Part shown: one piece after another, positions 1-11,320 of the stretch
Layout of the letters: every line of letters starts with the position of its first letter
Position numbering within the stretch: the first letter of the stretch is position 1
Assembly: GCA_015680685.1 (NCBI GenBank)
Contig: MNCI01000135.1
Coordinates: 1-64,000, forward strand
DNA from: Gnetum montanum
Taxonomy: Eukaryota > Plantae > Gnetophyta
Direction of reading: 5' to 3'
DNA length: 64,000 nucleotides
Made by a program: the position numbers and the translations under genes
Notes under the pieces: model-generated
What the model saw: only the letters and a program-made list of their open reading frames with translations
Told to the model about the DNA's origin: nothing
Databases searched by the model: none

Positions 1-13
1 GCAACATATACTT

Positions 14-1009
14 CGATATGGATATTACTGGCCTTCCATATATCACAACATTAGTTCAAAAATTCAAAAATGCTATAAATGTCAAATTCATGGGCCCAAG
101 ATTAAAAAGGCTAGAGCCCCTTTAAAGCCAGTAGTTGTAGATAGACCATTTTAGCAATGGGGTTTGAATTTTATTGGTACAATTACTCCTTGAAGAGCTG
201 GAGACAAGTTTATTCTCATGGCTACTAATTATTTCACTAAATGGTCTAAAGCAAAGGGTCTAAGAGGAAGTTCAGCATCAGATGTGATTAAGTTTCTAAA
301 AGACCACATTCTAAGTAGATTTGGTCTACCCAAATTGTTAGTGTCAGACAATGGACCCACCTTCAAATCTGAAGAGTTTATCAAATGGGCATCAGAAAAA
401 TATATTTTCTTATTTTCCTCATCAAACTATTATCCTCAAGAAAATGGCCTAGTAGAATCTACCAATAAAAAGCTTATCGCTTATATCAAGAAATTAATGG
501 ATGAGAATCCAAGAAATCGGATCAATTATCTACAATCTGTGTTATGGTCAGATCGAATTAGATTCAAGAGAGCTATTGGGACATCACTGTATAACTTAGT
601 TTATGGTTTGCCAGCAAGAATTACAAATAAGATTGTAAGCTCAGCTTCTGAATTTGTACAAAGATATAGTGAAAAAACTAATAAATATAGAAGTTTCATG
701 ACTTTGTTTATTAAAAGAGAAGTTGAAGTAGATAAATCAAGGGATAATTTGTTACAGAGTACCTCTCAAGTTAAAAGATGGTTTGATAGAAAATCTCTGA
801 AAAGAACTTTCAAAATAGGGGACCTTATCCTATTATGGAATATGAAGAAACCGAATAAGTTTACACCGATGTGGATTGGTCCATTTCAAATTACAAAGAA
901 ATTGTTAGAGGATACTTACAAATTATCAACTTTGGATGGCATGGAATTGCAATTTCCATATAATGTTTTGCATATAAAACATTATTTTGAACAATTGCAT
1001 ACAGCTTGA
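14..1009 (+). mobile_element. Ty3/Gypsy (non-chromovirus, OTA/Tat-like) integrase, 3' end of pol
   Basis: GYYWP..CYKCQ zinc-finger end and PF*QWGLNFIG lie upstream. ORF 218-1009 has TNYFTKW, RFGLPKLLVSDNGPTF, YYPQENGLVESTNK (rve core) and GPY/F-like KFTPMWIGPF. In-frame stops occur upstream of 218. Confidence 0.93.
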
Positions 1010-1425
1010 AAACATCCAAAGTAATATATGTATATACTATTAGATATAATATTACTAGGAGGATAGTATTAATTATTATGTTTAATTATGCTATTGGTAT
1101 ATAGTTAGATAAGTAGATAGTATATTATAATAATAAATATATTTAGGATTAAATTAGAAAATAGTTTAATAATTTAATTCCTACAAGTGAGACAAGTGGA
1201 AGCCTACAAGTGTAGCAAGTGGAAGAGGTGACTCATCAACCACTTAGTGAAGATTTTGACAACTGGTTAGAATGCACAAAAGGAGGAAAAATTGGTTGAA
1301 GACTCTTGGAGGAAATTTTAAATTTCTAGCTGCTATAACAAGAGGATTGGGTTGCCTAGGATTTCCTCATCTTCCAATTCAAGTTGAGTAGAAAAAGTGA
1401 AAAGAGAGCTAATTTGAAAAAGAAG

Positions 1426-1929
1426 ATGGATTTTGGGAGAACAATGAGGAAGACTTTCATTCCTTATCTGATGGGATATTGCCCAAAACATGTGTTAAAG
1501 GCTTACTTGAAAGCTAGAGCATGTGGAGCACCTAACGAGTGTCCTTTCATGGCTTGGTTGGCTGATGAATTCTCATTCCTCACAAGAGGTTTAGAGATAG
1601 AATCAAATATTTGGGGACAATATCAAAATTGCACCCAAGAAGAGGAAAGGAAAGAAGAACAACCAATCAATGAAGATTCATGGGAAGAAGCCTTTGTATC
1701 CCAAGAAGAAGAAAAAGGACCCAATTGGGAAGAATAGAAGAATTCATCTGAGAAAGAAGATGAGAAGATTGCTAAAGAAAAAGCTCAAGGAGATCAAGTT
1801 GAAAACTCCACTAAGTCAGAAAATAATAGAACAACCTTCATCACGTTAGAAATTACCTATCAGAAAGTTAGAGATATGATGATTCCTACTAGAGTAACCC
1901 TCACCATTCTGTTCCCATCTCAAGAATAG
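1426..1929 (+). pseudogene. Small extra ORF between pol and 3' LTR (acidic middle part), one premature stop
   Basis: ORF 1384-1737 (first ATG 1426) continues in the same frame past TAG 1735-1737 for 63 more codons to TAG 1927-1929. A TATA-like GCTATAA lies near 1332. Confidence 0.55.
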
Positions 1930-2120
1930 TCCATGGATAAAGGACTTGATAATGTACAGTTTGTTGTTTTTTAGGAATGAGGTTTTTATACCAATAAACC
2001 TTATGTTTGATGGGAATTTTCCTCCAAAAATATTTATCTGTTCAGCTATAAAAATTCAATAAAAGCTTCAATACAGTTCAATTTTAAAATGGGGCTTGCA
2101 TAAATTACTTTAAGCCTTTT

Positions 2121-2134
2121 AAAGGGGGCACAAA
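2121..2134 (+). promoter_or_regulatory. Polypurine tract
   Basis: AAAGGGGGCACAAA immediately before the LTR start TGTTGG at 2135. Confidence 0.75.
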
Positions 2135-3114
2135 TGTTGGCACATTTTGGCCATTTCATGGAATAGGCTGCATTTAAGCAAGGAAAAAATTTAAAATGGA
2201 ACCAGACATTTGAATTAAACACTAGCAAAATGTGACAGATCAAATGATGAGAATTTACGGTAGCAACAGTGCTAATAAGTTTTGTTATAAGAGTACAATG
2301 CTACTTGCAGGAATAATAATGTAAGGGAAATCATTGAAGGCTTTAAGTTAAAACATGAATAATGATCATCCTGCCATTATGCAATGCTTGATTCTTTAGC
2401 CTTGAGAAAGATTGGGAGAAATTCAGTGAACGCAAAGCACACATGGAGGTCTCGCAATGAATTGGCATTTACAGCTACATTCTGCAAGAAAACATTAATC
2501 GTGTCTCCATTCTCTCCAAAAATGCAAACAAGATCAATCATGGCCTGCAACTTGAGCAAACCTCTATGGTTGGAAATTATGATAGCAGTGCTATGTGCGG
2601 CCATATGCAAAAAATAGAAAACATATTGAAAATCATTCATGGATAAAGCGCAAGAATTTGGCCGCTAGAGACGGTAGATCTGTGATAGTCCACATCTCTG
2701 GTATGGCTATTTTCCATCATGTCATGAAAAACTGCAAAATCGCAAAGCAAGGAGCGTCTATAAAACTGCAATTGTGCCACCATTAAAAGGAACTTTCGAA
2801 CCCAACAACAAATAGATTCCAAATCTCACAAATTTATGAATGTCTCGAATACAGGGGACGTAGCCATGGCATTCACATGGTTAACAAACCATGTTATTTC
2901 TCCACCGGATTTGCCCTCATGTTCCCTTATCTGATCTCATTGCAATTTACTTTGTGAAAGAAAGAAAGAACATTGTGAAAACTCTTTCATGGCAGAAGGT
3001 TCATGTTGATGGTGGGTTTTTGTTAGAAAAGTGACAGGAATTCTGCACTTCATTTGCAAGAAAAAGTTTTTTTTTTTTTTTTGGTTTTCTCTATGCATCA
3101 TTTCTAAAGCAGCA

Positions 3115-3345
3115 ATGGCAAATGCTACGAGCTGTGCCCTAGTGATGAAAGCAACGTCAAATGGGATGTTTCAGAAGAATAATCCTCTGCATTTTGCATT
3201 TTTGCTGTTGGTGATCCAGATTTGCATCGTGATTGCCGTTACCAGGTCGAAGGCCTTCATTTTTCGGCCCATCCACCAGCCCTGCATCATCGCTGAAATC
3301 ATCGAGGGAGTACTTCTGGGGCCATCAGCCCTTGAACAAAGCAAG
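3115..3345 (+). pseudogene. CHX: Captured N-terminal fragment of a cation/H+ exchanger (CHX, CPA2 family)
   Basis: MKATSNGMFQKNNPLHFAFLLLVIQICIVIAVTR..FIFRPIHQPCIIAEIIEGVLLGPSAL matches the CHX N-terminus (MKATSNGxFQGxNPLDFALPL...QPRVIAEIxGGILLGPSALG). No further CHX sequence follows. Confidence 0.9.
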
Positions 3346-3356
3346 GTGTGCTCACT

Positions 3357-3575
3357 AAGCAACATTATCAAACACCTTATGTGCTTCCATGATGCTCTGG
3401 CATTTTCTATACATGTCCATCAAGGCTGCACCCATGTAAACATCCCTCCGAAGCCTAAGTTTATAGGCCTGAATGTGGATCTTCTTGCCTATCTATAAAG
3501 CCAAATCCATTACGAGACTCTGCAGGCTTTGAGAAAAAAAGGGAATGTGAAACTGTTTGCAGAAATGGGGCTGCT
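3357..3575 (-). pseudogene. Captured PLS-class PPR gene fragment
   Basis: Minus-strand translation ANSFTFPFFLKAC/(frameshift)SLVMDLAL*IGKKIHIQAYKLRLRRDVYMGAALMDMYRKCQSIMEAHKVFDN gives typical L and S PPR motifs. Confidence 0.88.
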
Positions 3576-3577
3576 TT

Positions 3578-3642
3578 AGGCTTGACGCCTTCACATTCGG
3601 GCGCTCTTAAAACGTGTGCAAGAATTAGAGATCAATCGCTCA
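3578..3642 (+). pseudogene. Short second PPR fragment (opposite orientation)
   Basis: RLDAFTFG/ALKTCARIRD resembles the PPR L-motif start xDxFTFxxxLKACA. Short, with one frameshift. Confidence 0.5.
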
Positions 3643-4185
3643 TTGCTAGTTGGTTATCAAGGAAGGAAGAATCGGTTACCAGGAAATGATGTAAAGGATG
3701 TGTTACTGATTGAAGAACCTCTGTAACAGTATCAAGTGACCACCACCATATTCGAATTTCTTTTTCCAATGAACATCACTTTTCCAAGGAAGCCAACAAC
3801 AAATTTTACGTGGATATGAAGCCAGCATCAAGTGCAAATGCATATGATTTAATTATACAAGCATCAGATGGTGTGCTTGATTTGCAAAGATCGGCTTTCT
3901 TGATTTTAAAGACCATGCAACTACCTCCACCAACATCTACACTAAGGTGGATGCTGAATTACTTTCTTAGTACCGCCTATTCATGAGAATTACTAGGGCT
4001 TTGTACATGGTGGGTAATGATATTTAATAATTAAAATCCTAAACAAAAATAAGATGACAATTGTATGAAGCGCTTATAGTATGGAGATCTTGGCTTTATT
4101 TCTTAAAATTATTACTTAGGTTGTGACTTATGAAAGAAATATTTGTAAAGTTTGTAGAGACACATGCCAATGTTAGCATGACTTT

Positions 4186-4270
4186 CTCCTAACTTCATGT
4201 ATAAGTTATAACTTCCTAACTTGTTGGGCAAGTAATATCTCCTAACTTGTTGGGCAAGTTATAACTTCCT
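4186..4270. repeat. Short tandem duplication (~27 bp) in LTR core
   Basis: CCTAACTTGTTGGGCAAGT occurs twice, plus a degenerate third unit. Confidence 0.7.
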
Positions 4271-7200
4271 TACATGGGAGAGAAGTTACCCAAGATATTT
4301 TGTAATAGCTAACTACCTATGAAATCCTATAAAAAGGTTTCAAGGATTAGAAGAAAGAAGGTCTCACTTTGGGTCTTGGTGGCTAAGGGGGAAGAGTATT
4401 GAAAAAGAAGACATTGTGAAAGATTGCTTGTAAGATGACTTATTAAAGATAACATTTTAGCCTCTTTGTCATAGTCCTGCGAGTTATGTTTATTTTTTAT
4501 TTTGTTTAAATTGTTTAGCTAGTGGTTTAGATAGTATCATGCTTGGCAAGTAATTTTGGGATTTTTATATTACTCTTTTTGTTCTTGTTGCATGATAGAA
4601 AATTTCTATTAAAATTTTGCTATAGAAGAGCTTGTGTTTGAAAGCTTTAAGAGCATTTTAGTAGTGAATTTTATTATTGTGTAATTGATAAGAACTGCTA
4701 TTGAGATTGTTGTAAGAGAGCCTCTACATGTAGTCAAGCCGTTGAACGATTCAATAATCAAGAGGGCTCAACAAATCTTTGGTATTTTGATAGGATCAGA
4801 ATAGCTTCTTTTATCTTTAAAGTGAATCTTCGTGGTATCTCAATCATAAATTGTCAAGTCTTTTGAAGGTTCGGTTGAATGCAATTGTTCACATCCATTA
4901 TCTAGCCAAAATTGAGTCTGGTATGTGATAGTTTACGCAGCAATTTTTTGGGTAACATATTAGGATTGTCTTGAAGAAATTTCTTATTTGAACCTTGAAA
5001 GTTTGATCAATTCGTAGTTATTGAATTTTGGATAGCTTTATTGCGAAGTGTTTACTCATATCATTTTACCTTGTTTAAACATTTGAGATCTTTACAGAAA
5101 TATGCTTTCTTGTTCTTTTCTTTTTGTTTCCATTGAATCTCGGTCTATTTCTAGTTTTCTTGTAGAACTATTTCCTTCTCTGGGGAAAATTAGAAGTAGA
5201 TTCGTAGAGTTGTGCTCAAATGTTTTTGCAAAACATTATTTGTTACAAGTAGGTATTATAAGGACCGCATAGACTAGACAATTGAATAGAATAAGAACTC
5301 TCAACAACTCACAGTACTTTGCAAAGTTGGCTGAATCTCTTTAAGATAAGTCATTTATAGTTTTAGACACAACCCAATCATTTCATTTTTCATAACAGTA
5401 CACCACAATAGCACACACACATACTCACATTAACTACTGAGTCTATTTAGAGGTATCTAGGCCTTGGTGTTGCCAGAGACTAGCAAGCACCTAAATCTTG
5501 TTCGAGGACACTCGTTGGCAGTCGTGTCCCAAACGATTGTCAACAACAACATGTGGAACTAGGTGAGGTAGTGTATAAAGTAATAACTCAATTTTCATAG
5601 CATGTAAAGGTTTTGTATGCAACATGTGGACACTTGGGAAGGATTTGTTTTCCTTAAAACCCAACATATAAGCTAATCTCCTCCCTAATTTCCCATATGT
5701 AGCATGTAAGGGCTAGATTTGTGCTCATAAATCCAAACACAACATTTTCCAATAATTTTAGCTCTTACCCATCTCATGGGCCCAATGCATTGCAACAAAT
5801 CTAAGAATTTCTAGCCTCTTTCTGTAGCAATCAAGGTAGAACTCAAGAATTTTGGCCATCACAGTGAAAAAGGTTGGATTGACCAATTCAAACCTAGGAT
5901 TTAAAAAGGCAAAGGAGGCTATATGGATCATTTATAGGCTTCTAGATCCATTTGCAGGTGATGGATCTTTGTCCATGGCCACCATATACACATCTTCCAT
6001 CACTTTTCCTAGTTTTTGGTCAAATTGTGAAAATGTTTTCCCACCTCTAGGCTTGATTTGGTTGAAATTTTGCATTCCAACTATGTCATATCTAAGATTT
6101 AGGATTTTCGATCATGTTGGGAAATAAATTTTGGCATCTTTTGGTAAAGATTTAGGTTTTTCCGAGGTCATATGTGTAGCATTGATGCTTATTTTTGCTT
6201 ATTTTGGTTAAACTTTGAGGTATTTTCTAGCATATTTGTGATGAGATTTTGAGTTCTAATTACACAAGATTGTTGTTGAAGGTCTTTCAACCATCCCAAA
6301 GATGAAATTGGATTTTTTTTAAAAAAAATTCTAGGTTTTTTTTTTTGCAATTACTTAATTGCATATTAGCGTTTTTTGGCTAGTTTTTGGTGAAAATCTA
6401 GGTTTTTTGATGAAAACTTTATGATATTTGGGATTTTCCTGCACCTATGAGCATAGCATTAATGGTGAATTTAGGCTATTTTGGTTATGTTCTCTGCATC
6501 CATGGTTTAAAATAATTTTTTAAAAATTTTCTCAAGTTTTTCCCTACCTTGGTATCTACGTTGGACAATTTTTTAGTTTTGGTTGTAGAGTTTTTGGGTT
6601 TTTTTTCTTGGCCTATGTTGACAACATTTGGGTATGTGGGACTTGAATTGTGTAATTTGGGTTTTTCACAGTCCCATGGCCAATGTGTTGGCTGTAGGAG
6701 CCAAGAAATCTTATGTTTTTTTCTTACAAAATTTCTTCCTACATTCCCAATGTTTGGCCATATCTAGAGTATTTGCCCATTATTTTATGGAAAATCCCCA
6801 TTCTCCAAGCTACAATATTGTCAATCTTGGCATTTCGTTCCTATGAAGACATATTTTTTGTTTTTAGCATTGTCAATTTCGATGTTATTTTATGTTGTAG
6901 TTTTGGCTTTAATATTAACATGTTTTGATGTTTGTCTTTCTTCACAAGTATTTAGCGATCCTAGTGATGGTTTCAACAACATTTTAGTTTCTTTTCCCAT
7001 GGTTTAGTCTAGGCCATTAGTGATGATCATGTGTTATCATCTTTGTTGTGTTATGGCTACTAGCTTGTTGCTATATTTGTAGCTAAAGAGATTGTGTATC
7101 ATTGCTTTGTACTTCCTTGTGTAATCATGGTTATAGTCATGGGCTACCTGGCCATGTTGAACATTCATGATGTTGTATTTAGATTGGTTTAACACTGCTT

Positions 7201-7479
7201 CTTGGTCATATATTTTTAATTATTTTTAATTGTTTTTCATATTTAATGTTTTTCTATTCTTTTTATATTTTATATAAGAATGTATTCAGGCCACATGTTA
7301 CAACAACATAGCTATGAAGTAAACTTTTAACAATATGGTATAACAAAATGGAAAATGAAAAATTTAAAACAAGGCCCATCTATTAAAGTAAAAACTATAA
7401 CCATTTCCATGTAGTAAACACGTCATGACGTATGAACAAGGAAAGGTAGAGAAGGTTACATATTTATCAATTTTAGGAC

Positions 7480-7580
7480 CTAGTTGGCCACAAATTTTAG
7501 GCCCTAGTAGGCCATGACTTCACCAATTTTATGTCCTGGTAGGCCATTAGTTTTAGGCCTTGGCAAGCCATGGTTTGCCA
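7480..7580. repeat. Degenerate 22-35 bp tandem repeats
   Basis: About four TTTTAGG(A/C)CCTAGT(A/T)GGCCA-like units. Confidence 0.6.
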
Positions 7581-7589
7581 GTTTTTTCT

Positions 7590-10090
7590 AGAAAGTGTGA
7601 GATAGTCTCAAAAGAGCATACAAGAATAAAATAAACAATGAAATACAATATAAGGCTACAAAAATAAATAAATAATCATTTATGAAAGATGGGAGAAGAT
7701 GCCTATTGTGGATTTTTTGCTTTATCTTTGATAGATCAAAGGGCTTCTTGTGCACAATTCCATGTTCACCATTCTTATTTGATATGGCAAGAAATGTGTA
7801 TTGTTTTTGGTCATTTAGTGTTGTATAGTTGGAGATGTTAGCCTTGGTGTTGTTGTTATTATTGTTAACCCCAGCTTGAGTGTGGGGAGTTTCATCTTGA
7901 AACTTCACGTCTAATCTTTGTTCAATGTTAACATTGTTAACTAATGGTAAACACATGTCATCCCCATGAATCACAATTTCACCATCCTCATATGGTAAAT
8001 AAATCTCCTAGTGTATAAGAGATGAGACCACTTGAAGCCAACCATGATCTTCCTAGGATCAAGTTTAAACTGGGTGTTTCCTCAACCACTAGGAAATTAG
8101 TGGACGTGGGAAACTATACCCCAACTACAAAGTCTAATGAGATGGAGCCTTGAAGCACTACCTACGACCCATTGAATGACTTGAGCATGAAGTTAGGATT
8201 TCTTGAATTTTTTTAGTTAAGCCTAGTTTCTCAACAACAGTGAATGATATCATGTTAATCATCACCCCATCATCCACATGAACATGATGAACCTTATACT
8301 TGTCAACACGTATGATAATGAGGAGAGGAGCATATTTCACTTCTCCATTCCATGGGTCAACCTTCACTTCACTTTCATGAAAGATGAGTTTGGTTGATAT
8401 TTGTTTTCCCCAAGTAAAGTTGCTCAATGATAGAATGAATGGATTCTTTGGTAGTTGGCATGTTTGCTCATAGGAATAGAGGTCAAAATTTGAGCTAGTA
8501 TGTCTCTATGAGCAAGAGAAGTCATAACTAAGTTTTATAGGTCCAATGATATGCTATTTTGATTCAGGGATGATTTAGCTTGGTCCAATGATGTAAAGAA
8601 ATTCTTTTCCTTGATGTGTGATTTTTTACCATTGCAATGGAGATTTCTTGTTAAGTTTTTAGTTATTGGTCATAATGAATAATCATTGGTTATAGGTTAT
8701 GATAGGTTTTCTTGTTGAAGGCGAAGGGACCCAAATAAAAAATGGTTCCCTTGCCTTAGAGGGATTAATAGCACATTATTTGGATTATGATGTTGATGCC
8801 AGAGAAGGTGGAACATGTATGACAAAAGGCTCATTAGGGACCAAAGATGGTAATACCCTTATGACCAATGGTGTTCTACAATTTAGATTCTAGGACTGAG
8901 TGCTAGCTAGTGGTACCTTGATGACATACATTTCTCCAAGAGAACTAGATCGAGTAAATGTTATGAACAAGGCTATGATGTAGGAGCTATTGTTAGTATT
9001 TGAAGAGCTTGATTCATTCAACACCAACTCTCTATAATTGATCATCTTCTAAAGATCATCTTTCAAGGCTAGGAAAAAATTAGTATCATGACCAGCTAGT
9101 TGATGATAGTAGCAAAACTTATCAAGCCTGAAGTACTTTGGTAGTGTTGGATCATATTTAGTTTCTACCCTTGGATATCTAACTATCTCACAAAGATGAT
9201 CATGCCTCTTATGAGTTTCCTCAAATAGCTACTTATGGTGAATACAATTGTCTTTAAGCAACTATTCTAGAAGCTCAAAGGGCTTCATAGGCAACTTAGC
9301 ATACCTAGTCCTATCCTTACACTCAAAATTTGGTCTTAGTTGGTTGGAAGCATTAGAAGTAGATGGTTGCAATAGATTAGAAGATGTTTTGCATGGTAGA
9401 GACTTTCACCTTTTTGTTTGTTTCATATCCTTGGATACCATGGCCATGGTTGTATGCACTTGTTTGATCTTATCCTTGTCCCTCCTTAAGTGCTAGCTTT
9501 TATAGGTCACATAGGCTAGATCATTACTAGCTTCAATAGCCTCCTCAATGTTCTTAATTTGTGAAAATTCTTGGCTCAGTAACCTAGATTCTAAGTAGTA
9601 GAGCATCAACATGATGAAGTCATTGACTACTTCCTTGAAGACAGCCAAGAGATGGATCTTAGACATGGGCTTGCAAATTTTGTTGAGTGTTGCATTCCAT
9701 CTTTAAAAAAACCTTTGAATTGGTTCAAGTGGCCCCTACCTCACTTTTACAAGTTGATATAAGATCATATTAAGCTTCAAGTTTTATTTGAAGCAGTTGA
9801 CAAATTAGTGTATTAAGTCTTCAAGAGAGAATATAGAACCTCTAGGTAGGGCTTGATACTAGTTTAAATCCTTTCCTTTTAGAGAAATATAGAAAATCCA
9901 TAGTATCATGTGAGGCCACACTTGCAATAGAATATGCTCAAAATAGAACATGACAAGATGTGCATTAGGATCTCCTTCACCATTTTATTTGGTGAAGTTT
10001 GGGATAGGCATGCCTGTGGATAATGTGATTTGAGGAACAATAAGGCTAATGGGATCATCTTAGTGAAATTCCATAATCTTTACCATTTGA
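7590..10090 (-). mobile_element. Degenerate Ty3/Gypsy gag + aspartic protease, no RT visible
   Basis: Minus strand: PIPNFTK.NGEGDPNAHL (gag start, ~9950-10060); FCYYHQLAGHDT..LKDD (CxxHxxxGH-type knuckle, ~9050-9130); PLLIIIRVDKYKVHHVHVDDGVMINMI (protease, ORF 8158-8427). Confidence 0.8.
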
Positions 10091-11099
10091 GTGGTACTGG
10101 TTTTGAGTTTTCATAACTTTTCAATAAGATCTTGGATCAATTGAAAGCCTTGATCTAGGTCCTATGGAGCTCTTAAGGGCTACACTTATGATTGTTAAAT
10201 GGCTAGTGGTTGTGAAATGAGCAACGATATAGACTAGAGAGGTTATGTGACTATTGTTGTATGAGGATTAAATTGGGAAAATGATGTTTGTATAGGAACA
10301 TGAGCAATGGAAGAGGCATTAGACACAAAGGAATTACATGAAACATGTGGAATTCATGCTTCAAAAGAAGGATCAGCTAAAACTACAAAAGGTTAAGGCA
10401 TGAAGGAAATTACTAGTGGAGGTTGAGACAATATAATAAAAGCTGTTGAGGTGAACAATGAAGTAAACAAGAAAGTGAGTTGGGAACTTGGGTTTGTAGA
10501 GGTAACAAAGGGAGTTTAGTTTACTATTGAAGTGAAAGGCATAGAGTTGAACATAGTCACCTCTAGGATAGATAGTTGTAAAAGTTTCCCTAAGAATGTA
10601 TCTAGTTCATAATTAGCTCCGAACTTGTCCTGGTCCTCTTAATGAGATCCTAAACTTACCTTTTCACTTACTTTATCATCCTCATCTACACTTACTAAGT
10701 ATGCCAATAGGTGTATGTAGAATTTAGATAACTTAATATGGTTGTATGGTGAAGGGATGTATTCCTTCCCATCCTTATGGATCAACTCATATTAACATTT
10801 GAAGTTAAACTCCTTGCATGAGATGCATACTCTCACTTGGATTTTTATGCATATGAAGTTGTAGTATTGTTCATCAATGTTTACATGCACTAGGCTAAGT
10901 CCTAAACACTTAAGAAATTGCCTACACTTTACTACAGCTACATGCTTAGGCTCATATATGCAAGTGGATTCCTTGTTTGAGACCATGGCTACTATGTGGT
11001 GTAGTAAAATAGTTAAAACAAAAGTCATAAAATTTGAAAGACTAATTAATTGTTCAAGTGTAATAAAGGCTTTAAATTTTTTTGGCATTTTAAACAAGC

Positions 11100-11320
11100 T
11101 ATAAGCTTGCAACATACAAGGCTCACAGTGTAAGGAGCTATAGTGTGTAAAGCCTATAGCATGTAAGACTTCACAGCATGTGAAACTATAGCATATAAGA
11201 CTCACAATGTGTGAGGCTTGCAATGTGTGAGACTTTACAACATGTAAAACTCACAGCATGTGAAGCTCATACCATGTGAGACTACAACATGTGAAGATTC
11301 ATAGTGTAAGAAACTACAAC
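11100..11320. repeat. ~16-bp minisatellite (CACAGCATGTGAAACT-like, roughly 12-13 units)
   Basis: Repeated units seen directly: cacagcatgtgaaact, cacaatgtgtgaggct, cacagcatgtgaagct, cataccatgtgagact. Confidence 0.8.

Larger units (their letters stand above)
2135..5545 (+). mobile_element. 3' LTR (cargo-LTR copy 1, ~3.4 kb)
   Basis: Termini TGTTG...CAACA, follows a PPT. The first ~30 bp resemble 22616 and 26684. 4155-5545 aligns by eye with 24180-25482 and 33457-34774. TATA CCTATAAAAAGG at ~4326. Confidence 0.85.

Noticed and set aside
2377-2640. Overlapping ORFs on both strands with faint resemblance to ASCC2 or PPR E-domain
   Set aside because: Similarity is too weak to support without a search.
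3031-3498. ORF as exon 1 of a functional CHX gene, with AAG|GTGTG at 3345 as splice donor
   Set aside because: No downstream CHX exons are visible. The following sequence is an antisense PPR fragment, the region lies inside an LTR, and conserved residues are damaged.
3840-3895. LIIQASDGVLDL resembling the E2F DNA-binding domain
   Set aside because: Only ~12 residues, with no flanking conservation.
11100-11320. Repeat array as CRISPR-like
   Set aside because: Contiguous degenerate units with no unique spacers, in a eukaryotic TE context.
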